Shown here piece after piece: positions 53,102 through 63,239 of a stretch of 64,000 nucleotides of DNA (positions within the stretch are counted from its first letter, which is position 1; every line of letters begins with the position of its first letter). A program made the translations under genes and the position numbers. The DNA is from a virus. Lineage: Duplodnaviria; Caudoviricetes. Location: IMG/VR virus record IMGVR_UViG_2883068021_000001, positions 1-64,000 of that record; one strand, 5' to 3'. Below the pieces are notes generated by a model that did not search any database, was not told the DNA's origin, and saw only the letters and a list, made by a program, of their open reading frames with translations.

Positions 53102-54652
53102 ATGACTAAAGTTTTAGACCTCAATTATACAGAAGCAAGGCAATATTTTCTAAAGAGAGAAAGCTATATCAACTTTGATCTTCCTACTTATTTTGAATTT
53201 GGAAACCTATTGCAGGCTGTTTCAACACATATGCGAGGCCGGGAACTTAAAACTTTTCACTCTACTTATGTTGATGAAGATGGAGAAATTAAGCCTCATT
53301 TTCCAGCAAATTTTGAAGGAGTAAATTATAAGTTTCTTAATAACAAAGATGGGAAATTTGCATGGCGCCCTTTTCAATTGATTCATCCAGCCCTGTATGT
53401 TTCATTAGTTAATAAAATTACTGAACAGGCAAACTGGAATCTAATTGTAGCTCGATTCAATCAATTTCAGGCAAATCCTCAAATCAGATGTTATAGCATT
53501 CCATTACGTTCAGATAATCAACAATCAGATAAAGCAACTACAATTAGTCAGTGGTGGCAAGCAATTGAACAGCAATCGTTGGAGCTGGCATTGAAGTTTG
53601 AATATGTTTTGCATACTGATATTTCTGATTGTTATGGATCAATGTATACTCATTCTGTTCCATGGGCAATACATACAAAAGCAACCGCCAAGGACCGTAG
53701 AAAAGACAAAGGGTTGGTCGGCAATATTATCGATAGACACTTACAGAGTATGTCCTATGGGCAGACCAATGGAATTCCACAAGGGAGCGTATTGATGGAT
53801 TTTATCGCTGAAATGGTTCTTGGTTTTGCCGATCTAGAACTGTCTACCAAAATTCAACAAGCAAACATTCAAGATTATGAAATAATAAGGTATCGAGATG
53901 ATTATCGAATTTTTTCGAACAATCCACAAACTGCTGAACATATTACCAAGTTACTGACGGAGATTTTGATTGAGCTTGGAATGCGTTTGAACGCACAGAA
54001 AACAATCGTATCAAATAACGTCATAAAGAACTCAATAAAATCGGATAAATTATACTGGATTTCATCAAAGAAGGGTGCGAAAGGTATTCAAGAACATTTA
54101 TTGATTATTCATAAGCTTTCGGAAGAACATCCAAATTCGGGCAGTTTATCGAAAGCATTAGGCAAATTCTATAACAGAATTAAAGATGTAACTGAAACTC
54201 ATCAAAGCATAATTGTTTTAGTTAGCATTTTGGTAGACATAATGTATAAAAACCCAAGAGTTTATCCAATTGCTTCTGCGGTTCTAAGCAAACTCTTGTC
54301 GCTCGTTCCCGACCATAAAAAGAATGAAATACTAATTCTAATTCACAATAGATTCGAAAAGATACCCAATACAGGGCATATTAAAATTTGGCTTCAAAGG
54401 GTTACTATTAAACTTGATAGAGAAAAAGTATACTCTGAAAAACTTTGCGAAAAAATAAATAATCCTAGGTTGCAGATTTGGAATTCTGACTGGATAGAGA
54501 ATAACTTAAGAACTGTTATTGAAGCTACTGAAATTATAGATGAAGATGTAATCAATAACATAGATGTAGTCATTTCTAGTAAAGAAATTGAATTGTTTAA
54601 AACTGAATATGACTATGCTGAGCAGACTGAAGAAGTGGAGGTGACTTTGTAA
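53102..54652 (+). CDS. Abi-P2-like reverse transcriptase
   Basis: NNKDGKFAWRPFQLIHP, WWQAIEQQSL, TDISDCYGSMYTHS, GIPQGS, catalytic YRDD and a helical C-terminal extension. Confidence 0.88.
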   Translation: MTKVLDLNYTEARQYFLKRESYINFDLPTYFEFGNLLQAVSTHMRGRELKTFHSTYVDEDGEIKPHFPANFEGVNYKFLNNKDGKFAWRPFQLIHPALYVSLVNKITEQANWNLIVARFNQFQANPQIRCYSIPLRSDNQQSDKATTISQWWQAIEQQSLELALKFEYVLHTDISDCYGSMYTHSVPWAIHTKATAKDRRKDKGLVGNIIDRHLQSMSYGQTNGIPQGSVLMDFIAEMVLGFADLELSTKIQQANIQDYEIIRYRDDYRIFSNNPQTAEHITKLLTEILIELGMRLNAQKTIVSNNVIKNSIKSDKLYWISSKKGAKGIQEHLLIIHKLSEEHPNSGSLSKALGKFYNRIKDVTETHQSIIVLVSILVDIMYKNPRVYPIASAVLSKLLSLVPDHKKNEILILIHNRFEKIPNTGHIKIWLQRVTIKLDREKVYSEKLCEKINNPRLQIWNSDWIENNLRTVIEATEIIDEDVINNIDVVISSKEIELFKTEYDYAEQTEEVEVTL

Positions 54653-54808
54653 TTTTGGCGGATAGAATACTGATCAGCGTGCATTATAAATAAATGCAAG
54701 TATTAGTTTCAATTTTCTATTGAAAATACAATAGAAACGCGATTTAAGGGCTTTGGGTAAAGGCGATTAATTGTTTTTTTAGTAATTTGATAGAAATCAA
54801 ATTAAGAT

Positions 54809-55531
54809 ATGCAATTGTTTCCTTTTCATAGATTGAAATCATTCATCTTATTTGAACAGCCTTTTAATTTTCAATACTTGACCCTTCACTTCCGTCGAAC
54901 CCATGAAAAGCATCAGGAGCATTTTGATAGCTGGCCGATAGCTGCGACGCGACGGAAATTAATCAACGACTTTTGGTTTTGGGCCTTGTGCCATTATGCA
55001 GCTTTGGTGGCCATTTGCGGAATAGTATTCCTGGGCGTACTGGCCACCTTTAATATATCTTATCTCTTGCTGGTACTAGTCGTAGGTATTTTACTTTACT
55101 TACCCTTATATGTTCTTTTATATCGTCCAGCTTTTACCGGTGATTTTCTCCCGAAACTGGAAACTGTAATATCCGAGTTCGAAGGGAATCAGCGAATTTG
55201 GGCCGAAAAGTGCAAACAAGAGCAACTTTCCACGCGGGGGCTTGTATTGCTTTACTACATTTTGGATAAATGTGCTGAAATTAACTTTCTTACCCCAAGT
55301 GATAAATCTGCAAGCCTGCTGCTTAAAATCTTCGGTGTAAGCCAGAAGGGCCTAAAGAACGAACTCGATTTACTATTCAAGAAGGAAAAGCGGGCAAAGA
55401 TTGAGCAAAGAAAGCAAACCGAGATTACGAAGAGTTTCGAGGAAGTGTACGCTATTTTTGAGGAAATGCAGTTTCCAAAGGGTGTGCAAATGTTAAAAGA
55501 GCTGGAAATCCGATATAATCGGCCCGAATAA
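54809..55531 (+). CDS. Conserved element membrane protein (2 TM plus cytoplasmic domain)
   Basis: Hydrophobic residues ~55-105; lies upstream of the excisionase-like gene. Confidence 0.6.
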   Translation: MQLFPFHRLKSFILFEQPFNFQYLTLHFRRTHEKHQEHFDSWPIAATRRKLINDFWFWALCHYAALVAICGIVFLGVLATFNISYLLLVLVVGILLYLPLYVLLYRPAFTGDFLPKLETVISEFEGNQRIWAEKCKQEQLSTRGLVLLYYILDKCAEINFLTPSDKSASLLLKIFGVSQKGLKNELDLLFKKEKRAKIEQRKQTEITKSFEEVYAIFEEMQFPKGVQMLKELEIRYNRPE

Positions 55532-55623
55532 CTGTCAATCCCGCCGTTTTAACTAAATACAAGTATACTTAACCCGATTCCGGGCCTCCCCAACCCCATA
55601 TTTACAGCCTAAATCTGTAAACT

Positions 55624-55977
55624 ATGGAAAGTGCGAAGAATGAACTGCCCACCACTCCAATGCTGTTTCCTTTGGAGCCGGAGGTATTCTGGCAGAAGCT
55701 GCGTTTACTGGTGCGGGAGGAAGTCGGCCGATTGGAAGTGCAACCGGCGGCTGGTAGTTCCACGTTTGTTACACCCGGCCTCAACTACAAACCCCTGCTA
55801 AAGATTGCCGAGGTTTGCCAGCTTTTTCAAGTCACCCGCCCCACGATCTACGACTGGATTAAGTGCGGCAAGCTGAAACGTTATAAAGTTCGGTCGCGGG
55901 CTTACTTCCTCTGGAACGATATCCAGCAATTGCTCTACCCGGACGGTTCGCCCGGCCAGTCGTCCCCCGTCATTTGA
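55624..55977 (+). CDS. Excisionase-like HTH (HTH_17/MerR-like)
   Basis: LLKIAEVCQLFQVTRPTIYDWIKCGKLKRYKVRSRAYF. Confidence 0.88.
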   Translation: MESAKNELPTTPMLFPLEPEVFWQKLRLLVREEVGRLEVQPAAGSSTFVTPGLNYKPLLKIAEVCQLFQVTRPTIYDWIKCGKLKRYKVRSRAYFLWNDIQQLLYPDGSPGQSSPVI

Positions 55978-55986
55978 TTTTGTATT

Positions 55987-56066
55987 AGCGAGCGGTGTTT
56001 TTGCTTCGCAAAAACTCGCTCGCTTTTGCTCCCGCTGGTCGCAAAAGGTTGCCCGCCAGCGGGCAA
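55987..56066. promoter_or_regulatory. Putative oriT
   Basis: Three adjacent hairpins directly upstream of mobC: AGCGAGCG..GTTTTTGC-ttc-GCAAAAAC.CGCTCGCT, CTTTTGC/GCAAAAG and TTGCCCG/CGGGCAA. Confidence 0.6.
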
Positions 56067-56084
56067 TCATTGAATTTTTGGCTT

Positions 56085-56429
56085 ATGTGTGCAAAGAAAG
56101 GTGGGCGACCTCCCAGCCCAAAGAAACGCCAGCACCAGGTCGGCATCAGGTTGAACACGGAAGAACTGGCCCAGCTAAAGGAGCAGGCGGCCAAGGCCGG
56201 GATAAAACTAATGCCCTTCATGCGGGGAATTATCCTCCGGGGCAAGGTGATCGCGCGGCTGGATGAGGACGGCCGTCAGTACCGGCAAGCCCTCATTGGT
56301 ATGGCGAACAACATTAACCAGATGGCAAAGGTCTGCAACGCTACCGGCTATATTGACGTCTGTAGGGGCTTCTATCATACCTATCAGGAGTTAGCCTCTA
56401 TCCTTAAAAAGTTAAGTAGTGATAAGTAA
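56085..56429 (+). CDS. mobC: MobC relaxosome accessory protein
   Basis: GGRPP...RQHQVGIRLNTEEL (RHH) and LIGMANNINQMAK; overlaps the relaxase start. Confidence 0.88.
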   Translation: MCAKKGGRPPSPKKRQHQVGIRLNTEELAQLKEQAAKAGIKLMPFMRGIILRGKVIARLDEDGRQYRQALIGMANNINQMAKVCNATGYIDVCRGFYHTYQELASILKKLSSDK

Positions 56430-57189
56430 AGTAATTACCGGCAAATCCTTTGCGGGATGCTGCCGATACGTATGCAGGAAGGAAGACCATGTGAAGATCC
56501 TCCACGTCAATGGCGTTAGAGAAGCCAACCCCAAGGATATGGCTGCTGACTTTGAAGACAACCGCCGGAGGCTACCCAATAAGCACCGCGCCGTCTTTCA
56601 TGGGATATTGAGTTTTCACCCATCGGATAGGGTTACAGAATCCCGAATGACATTAATCGCTTGCCAATACCTTGACCGCCTTAAAATTACTGACACCCAG
56701 TTTACCATCGTTAAGCACTCCGACAAGGCCCATCAGCACCTGCATATAATAGCCAATCTGGTAAACATGAAGGGAATAGCGATTTCGGATAGCTGGCTAG
56801 GGCTTCGGGGGAAAAAGGTAGCCCAGGCACTTACTTTGGAACACGGACTGAAAATAGCCCAAGGGCGCACGCCGAAGCTAACGCCTCCGGCGCGTGGAAG
56901 TGAGGAAGCCGTAAAGGAGGAAATCTTCTCCACCATAGCCACCGCGCTGGTACTATGCAAGAGTTTCGCACATCTTGAAAATGTCCTCGCCCATTGCCGG
57001 ATCGATATCATGTATAAGCGGAACGGAAAAGGAGAAGCGGCCGGAATTAGCTTCCGGAAGGGTAAGTATGCTTTCAAGGGAAGCGATATCCACCGGAATT
57101 TCTCATTTGCAGGCTTCCAGAAGCGATTTGGTGGGGAGCGGGTAGATGTGGTCCGGAGGGTGAAGAGGAGCCGTGGATTGGGCCTGTAG
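56419..57189 (+). CDS. MOBP-type relaxase
   Basis: MISKVITGKSFAGCCRYV, HGILSFHP, HSDKAHQHLHIIANLV. Confidence 0.92.
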   Translation: MISKVITGKSFAGCCRYVCRKEDHVKILHVNGVREANPKDMAADFEDNRRRLPNKHRAVFHGILSFHPSDRVTESRMTLIACQYLDRLKITDTQFTIVKHSDKAHQHLHIIANLVNMKGIAISDSWLGLRGKKVAQALTLEHGLKIAQGRTPKLTPPARGSEEAVKEEIFSTIATALVLCKSFAHLENVLAHCRIDIMYKRNGKGEAAGISFRKGKYAFKGSDIHRNFSFAGFQKRFGGERVDVVRRVKRSRGLGL

Positions 57190-57217
57190 TATTAAAGATA
57201 TCTGAGTAATTAAGTGA

Positions 57218-58966
57218 TCAAACCTCCCTCCAATTCGCTGTATCTACCTTGATCTGTTCAATAAGTTCCGTTCGATTTTTAGTTGGGTATCGCTTTGCAT
57301 ACTCAAATAGTACATGTCGAATTCTAGCAAAAATAAAAGGCAAAATACTATTTAATTTAGTTACTGCTGCCTCACAGCTAATTCCTTGATGCTGGATAAG
57401 GTTACGTTGTTCGTAGGTCTCGTTCATTATCTCTATATAAAAGCGATATTGCTCCCTTCTACTCTCCGACGACGCGAGGTTCGATTGATTCATCATTTTG
57501 GAAAATCCATATTGAAATAGGTCACTTTGGGTCAGTGGTCCATACTCCTTAAATTTATCCAGATCATTCAACATTGCCTGCTGTTGATCAATATCCAATC
57601 CAATTCTCTTGCAGTTAGTATTCATCGAATCAATAGTATTGCGGAGATAATGCAAATTCGACCAAAATTGAAATTCAGTTTCGTCAAGAACCAATATGGC
57701 CGCGGCAACTTCTGCTGGAACCAATGATGTAGATGGATTAGAAAGCACGAACTCTAAATACGCCCACAAATTAGATATGTTTTGGTCAATTTGTGCCTGA
57801 ATATAATATTGTTCATGTTTAACGAATTCCCATCCGGAATGGCAAGTGTCATCTTTAAATCGATCAAAAGCGTTATCTTCTAATTGCAAGCGCTCGTTTT
57901 CATGAATTACAGCCTTGCCATTGATAAACCTAATATTCCACCCAAAATTTACCTTGTTTTCGGTATGTAAATAGCTCTCAATATCTACGTGAATACTTTT
58001 ATCAAGCACGGCGCCAATATATCTTGTTGTATTGAGAATATTATTTTTTGCCAACTTGTATGCACCTTTTACGGTCGCACTTTTGACTTTTACTTCACCT
58101 ATTGAAATTATTTTCCCTTCGAAAAAGTTCTTTATGTCTGGGTCTGTTAAGGTAGATAACCATTCTAACATCCCTTTAACATCAGGATGACTTTTGGGGT
58201 ATATTTTGGTATTGTTATGTTCGTAAGCGGAATTGTCGGCTAATTCCAGCCCTGGAATTCTAAAGTAAATATATTGTTCAAGTACTGGCGCATGAGCAAA
58301 GTTTTTAATTGCGTCTAAAATTACTACAATATTCTTCGCATTAAAGAATCGCCTTTTTTCCTCCGAAGTATTTATGTGTGCAGGATAAGGAAACTTCCGG
58401 TAGTCATTTGTCATAATTTCTGAGAATAATTCCCGGGCTTCATTTCTACTACGGCGTCCAATTATTGTTTCTGCTACTAATATCTTAGTAAAGAAAGAAA
58501 GGCCTTCTTTAAGGGTTTCAAGAGATTCATTTGTTAAAAGATGCTCTTTAATGCGCTCTACAGTATGACTGATTAGGTTCGCTTCTAATTGTGTGTGCAG
58601 TGCTTTAGATAAGCTAGTGAATTCGCTCAGGTTATCACGTAAGAAGGTATAATTTCCGTCTGCTTGAATCCAACGTTCCCAAATGTGCATTAAGGGCTGA
58701 AATTCCGCGAATGAACTGGCATATATGTTACTATATACAGCTAAACGTTTCAAATGATTTTTAACAAACTTTACTCCTCTTTTATCCTTGTTGTTTTCAA
58801 GTTGAAAAATGAGTTTTGCACAAATGCTGGTTGGTGTGTCTAGATCATGATTATTAATTTTTCCAGCAAAGTGATTGCAGTACTGATAAAAATCGACAAA
58901 GAAATTCACCTTCCTTTCTTCAATTGGGAAGTTGCTAAAGGTTACAGAGTTGAGTCCATTGAACAT
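57218..58966 (-). CDS. Large AT-rich protein with C-terminal HEPN-like motif
   Basis: 582 aa; ISNLWAYLE and RNLIQH (Rx4H). Confidence 0.55.
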   Translation of the reverse strand: MFNGLNSVTFSNFPIEERKVNFFVDFYQYCNHFAGKINNHDLDTPTSICAKLIFQLENNKDKRGVKFVKNHLKRLAVYSNIYASSFAEFQPLMHIWERWIQADGNYTFLRDNLSEFTSLSKALHTQLEANLISHTVERIKEHLLTNESLETLKEGLSFFTKILVAETIIGRRSRNEARELFSEIMTNDYRKFPYPAHINTSEEKRRFFNAKNIVVILDAIKNFAHAPVLEQYIYFRIPGLELADNSAYEHNNTKIYPKSHPDVKGMLEWLSTLTDPDIKNFFEGKIISIGEVKVKSATVKGAYKLAKNNILNTTRYIGAVLDKSIHVDIESYLHTENKVNFGWNIRFINGKAVIHENERLQLEDNAFDRFKDDTCHSGWEFVKHEQYYIQAQIDQNISNLWAYLEFVLSNPSTSLVPAEVAAAILVLDETEFQFWSNLHYLRNTIDSMNTNCKRIGLDIDQQQAMLNDLDKFKEYGPLTQSDLFQYGFSKMMNQSNLASSESRREQYRFYIEIMNETYEQRNLIQHQGISCEAAVTKLNSILPFIFARIRHVLFEYAKRYPTKNRTELIEQIKVDTANWREV

Positions 58967-59073
58967 TTTATTAATGGAAATTTATAAGTGTAATGCATTG
59001 CAAATATAATAGGTATCACGGTTGGGCTCAAAAATGGCTTTTGTTTCGAAATTTGTTCGCCTGCCGCGGGCTT

Positions 59074-59147
59074 GCGCCCTTTGGGCAAGGGCCAGTCGGC
59101 GTTGGTTCAGGTCATCGGTGTTAGATCGGCCCTTGCCCAAAGGGCGC
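59074..59147. repeat. Perfect 20-bp inverted repeat with a 34-nt spacer
   Basis: GCGCCCTTTGGGCAAGGGCC (59074-59093) / GGCCCTTGCCCAAAGGGCGC (59128-59147). Confidence 0.9.
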
Positions 59148-59154
59148 GACTCGC

Positions 59155-59379
59155 CTATTTTTTGCCGGTGAGCGTGTTCATGTCAATCTCCAGCGCTTCC
59201 GCCAGCTTTACGAGGGTGGTCAGCGTCGGATTGGTTTCACCGGCTTCCAGCCTCCCCACTGAGCTATGGGAAATCTCCGCCTTATAGGCGAACTCGCGGG
59301 TGCTAAGTTTCTTTGCCGTCCGCAGTTTCTGCAGGCGCGCGCCAAACTCAATCAGGAATTTATCATCGGAAGTGGGCAT
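59155..59379 (-). CDS. XRE-family HTH regulator
   Basis: FGARLQKLR...STREFA...VGRLEAGETNPTLTTL; likely start MPTSDD. Confidence 0.9.
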   Translation of the reverse strand: MPTSDDKFLIEFGARLQKLRTAKKLSTREFAYKAEISHSSVGRLEAGETNPTLTTLVKLAEALEIDMNTLTGKK

Positions 59380-59553
59380 AATTCCCGGAAATTCCGACAC
59401 TTCCCAAAAAATAATGTACCCAAGCATGGGTACAGTGAATTATTTCACCTATATTGCATTAAGAATTAATAGCCGTCCACCTTATACAAGCGGGCGGGAA
59501 ATCATTAATTTTGTTGCTTTCAAGTAATTGAGGCAATCGCTTTTGATTCTAGT

Positions 59554-59699
59554 CCAGGGTCTGGAAAACTAAGGATACTAGAGACAAGGGTGGTGCTCAC
59601 GCTACGGCGTGGGTGCTCGCTTACGTCATCCGGTATTCCAGACCCTGGGGCGGCAAGTAGAGGCTCACGCTTTTTTTATTTCCTCCCCCGCCTGCCGCC
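59554..59699 (+). ncRNA. Putative structured leader RNA
   Basis: 13-bp stem CCAGGGTCTGGAA/TTCCAGACCCTGG encloses CACGC-TACG-GCGTG; followed by GGCGGCA.../...TGCCGCC. Confidence 0.55.
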
Positions 59700-59721
59700 T
59701 TCACCGTATAAAACAACCACT

Positions 59722-60042
59722 ATGGCGAAGCAAGCGAAGTTCCGTTACAATCTTCCTAAAGTCGTTGCCGTCCTCAACCTGATCGGTGACATATTTCAAA
59801 CCCGGATTTGCATTGAATGCGGATGGGAGGAAGATACCCTCGATTTCTACATGAAACATCCGGAGCTGATCTCCCGTACTGATAGGGCAAAGATTAACCA
59901 AATCCTGAAAGAGCATCTTTCCAACCTCGCGCAAAATCCTCCACAAATTCCCGCGCGGAAGCCTTTTCCCGTTCACCTTACCCGTTCCGTCAATTCAAAA
60001 ACCAACCATAAACCCATTTATCATAGAACAGAACCAACCTGA
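59722..60042 (+). CDS. Hypothetical protein
   Basis: Start MAKQAKF at 59722, just after the structured leader. Confidence 0.6.
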   Translation: MAKQAKFRYNLPKVVAVLNLIGDIFQTRICIECGWEEDTLDFYMKHPELISRTDRAKINQILKEHLSNLAQNPPQIPARKPFPVHLTRSVNSKTNHKPIYHRTEPT

Positions 60043-60088
60043 AACACTGGAACTACACGCCCTGCAAACGTTCGGGCAAATCAAGCTA

Positions 60089-60466
60089 TTGCATCCTTTA
60101 ACCTTCGAGAGAGCGGCGGAAATCATTCAATCCGGCCTTACCATCAATATGGTAGAAGATTTCCTGATTGTAACTGAAATGGATATTACTGATTTGTGCT
60201 TTGTCCTGAATATTACCGGCGATGGCTTCCGGGAATGGAGGGACGCAAGGATTTTCCCGGTGGAGGCCAGTAATACGATTCTACAGTTGGCCAATATCTA
60301 TGCGTTCGGATATGATCTATTCGGCCAAAGGAGAACGTTTAACGGTTGGATGAAGGAGTGCAATCAATCGCTGGGAGACATCCCTCCATTTTCGCTTCTA
60401 TGCAACGCCCACGGATTGAAGGAAGTATTGTCCGTATTAAAGCGGATCGACCACTTTATGCTGTAG
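60089..60466 (+). CDS. Xre/MbcA/ParS-like antitoxin (no toxin adjacent)
   Basis: GYDLFGQRRTFNGWMKECNQSLGDIPPFSLL...GLKEV...LKRID. Confidence 0.7.
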   Translation: MHPLTFERAAEIIQSGLTINMVEDFLIVTEMDITDLCFVLNITGDGFREWRDARIFPVEASNTILQLANIYAFGYDLFGQRRTFNGWMKECNQSLGDIPPFSLLCNAHGLKEVLSVLKRIDHFML

Positions 60467-60528
60467 CGATTTTCTTTACATCGTATATATACTTTTCCAT
60501 GGAGGGGGCAGTCTTGCCCCCTCAACTA

Positions 60529-61790
60529 TTATTGAACAGATCCTGCCAATAGGATTTCTCCTCGTTGCTGCCAAATCTCCCTAATCTTACGCCCCGCTTC
60601 TTCAGGAGTGATCCGAATATACCTGTAGAAATCCCGTAGGCTCTTATGCCCGCTAATCCGCATAATCAATTCAACCGGTGTACCCGCCAAAAACTCATTC
60701 GTGCAGAAAGACCGGCGGCAGGTATGGGAAGTCACCCAGCCCCATTTCGGGCGAACAGTCGCTATATCCCTATTCCCTTTCTTGTGGGTGAACCGTACCG
60801 GCTCCACGATCCCCGCCAACTTCGCCACCTCCTTTATCAGCCGGTTAAACATCACATTACTGAAGACGGGAACGCCCTCCCGGAACCGTTCCAGAAAAAT
60901 CTCTTCCGCCTGTTTCCGCAGAGGCACCACCACCCAATGATCCGACTTCTCCTGCTTTTTATGTAACATCCCTTTCCGAATGTCGCTACCCTTCAGGGAG
61001 GTGAAATCCGAGAACCGTAGCCCCGTTAGGCACCCCAAAACGAACAAATCCCGGCAGGGGGCCAGGTCTGGCCGGTCGGTCAAGTCCAGCCCGTAAATGT
61101 GCATGATCTCCACCGAGGTGAGATAAATAGCGTCTGCGTTCTCGTCCAGTATCTTGAAATCCGATAGGTCAATGGGAGGGATAATCTTCCGGCGCATCCG
61201 GTCGCGGAGGAACAGGCGGAGGTGTTTCACGGTTTTACCGATGGAAGCCAGCCGCAATCCCTTTGTAGGGATTTTCCGGCGGGGCTGGATGTATTCGTAT
61301 GTCAGGAAGTCTACAAACCCCTCGTAAAAGGAATAGTCAAAGCTATCAAAGCTGATCGGGGATTCGCGGTAAGTCTCGTAGGCCAGTACATGCTCTTTCA
61401 TGGTCTTGAATACGTTGATCGTGGCCGGAGACACCTTCCCGGTCTTGCATTGGATGTAATGCTCGATCTGGAAATAAATATCGAGGTTGATACCCGGGTT
61501 GGTTGTCGCTGCCAACTCCGCCGCTTCAAACAGACCGGAAGGATCAAAGTCCGGGCGGAAGGTCTGTTTCAGGAATGCGCCTACATTCGGAATCTTCTCT
61601 TTCACCGCATAAGAAATAATGTCCTCCACCATCCGCAGCAGGGAGGCCAGCCGTGCGCCCAGGTCAGCAGCCCCACCATACCGGGCAGGGAGATCAGGCA
61701 TTACCCGGAGGAATTTACGGTTCCAGAATTTGGGAGGGATGGCGATTTCCGTATTCAGCAGCACTTTTTTGTTGTCCGCGCCGCAATACT
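60529..61790 (-). pseudogene. Tyrosine integrase with 5' end deleted
   Basis: Catalytic motifs TGLRFSD, SHTCRRSF, SGH and FYRY are intact; upstream of QYCGADNKKVLLNTEIAIP the frame hits TAG with no ATG. Confidence 0.75.
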
Positions 61791-63239
61791 GTAACTAATA
61801 ATGTTTCATTTAATACGGTCGGCTTTATAAATAATGTAAGTGAAACTGATTATGAAAAGTTTATTAAGTTAAAAAAAGATAACCATTTGCAGTTATCTGA
61901 ATATACAAACGTTTGGAAAGTTTTACTGTACTTAATAATATCTCATAGAATAAAGGAACAAGAAAGTGCTAAAGGCTTTTTTAAGTCTTCTGACAAATTC
62001 AATGCGATACAGAACGCAATCGACGAATACTATCTTAACGCTTTTTCTCCAGAAATTGTACATGCATTAAACTTTGTGGAAAAGACAAAATTCTCTGCCG
62101 AAGTGCTGCATAAGTATTTCAAATTGTTGGGTGAAAATCTAAAAGAAGGAAGTTTTACACATTCAAAATTTCAAACTAATCTACTATATATTCAGAATCA
62201 TTTCGAAAAAGCAATTGCCAGCTTAACTTTAAATTCAAATTATACTTTTTTCATAGATGGGATAGATGTTAGACCTGATTCAGTTTCGTACGAGTATTAC
62301 ATAGAGTGTATTAAAGGACTCGCACAGGCTACGTGGTCAGTTAACAATGAATTTTTTCCATCTATTAAAGGGGAAGGACGATTAAAAGTAGTTCTTCTAA
62401 TTCGCCCAGATATTTTTGCTAATCTTGGCTTGCAAAATCAAAACAATAAGATTAAGGACAACTCTATTCTACTTGATTGGAGAACTAATTACTCCGAATA
62501 TAGAAATTCAAAACTTTTTATACTCGCAGATAGACTGCTTTTAGCCCAACAGGACGAAAATAGTAAGGTTGGCGATTGTTGGAATCACTATTTTCCTTAT
62601 CAACCGTTTATTGCTAACAAGCGAGAGTCGTCCTTTATACAATTTCTAAGATATTCTCTCTATCGTCCAAGAGATATAGTCACAATGCTTGACTTTCTTA
62701 AGGATATACATGTTAGGAACCAAAAGAATGACCCAAGTACGTTCTCTCATCATGATTTTGATAATGGAGAGTTTCAAACACGATATTCGGATTACTTACT
62801 TGGAGAAATTAAAGATTATCTAGCGTTCTATTTCTCAGAAACTGACTATGAATCATTTAGGAAATTTTTTGACTTTTTGAAAGGGAAAAGTACATTTGGT
62901 TATATGGATTTTACAAGGGCTTATTGTGAGATGATGGAATATTTCGAAAAGACGAATATCAATAAACCTAAATTTTTTGATACTGCAGATACATTTTTAC
63001 AGTTCCTTTTTGATTTGAATGTAATTTGCTACATTGAAGGCCAAGGAAGAAATACTTTTATCAGATGGTGCTTTAGAGAGCGCAACTATGCCAATCTATC
63101 CCCCAAGGTTAAAACTGGAGTAAAGTATGAAATACATTATGGCTTATTAAAAGCATTGAATTTCGGCAAAAGAAGTTTTGGGGGTAACAAAAATTCATTT
63201 CATGCTGGAGCATCAGTCAATAAATATAGATTCAAATAG
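61790..63239 (+). pseudogene. Sll1717/FunZ-like P-loop ATPase with 5' end deleted
   Basis: ETDYEKFIKLKK...LSEYTNVWKV, FFIDGID, LLIRPDIF and SLYRPRD are present; the Walker A region and start are missing. Confidence 0.72.

Noticed and set aside
53102-54652. RT as a retron, group II intron or DGR
   Set aside because: It has YRDD and Abi-P2-type motifs; I saw no retron NAxxH/VTG signatures, maturase domain, or template/variable repeat pair.
59590-59721. N-terminal extension of ORF 59590..60042
   Set aside because: It runs through the structured leader from a GTG; the ATG at 59722 is the more plausible start.
61653-63239. Full-length 528-aa protein
   Set aside because: The first ~45 codons are antisense integrase sequence; real homology starts near 61790.
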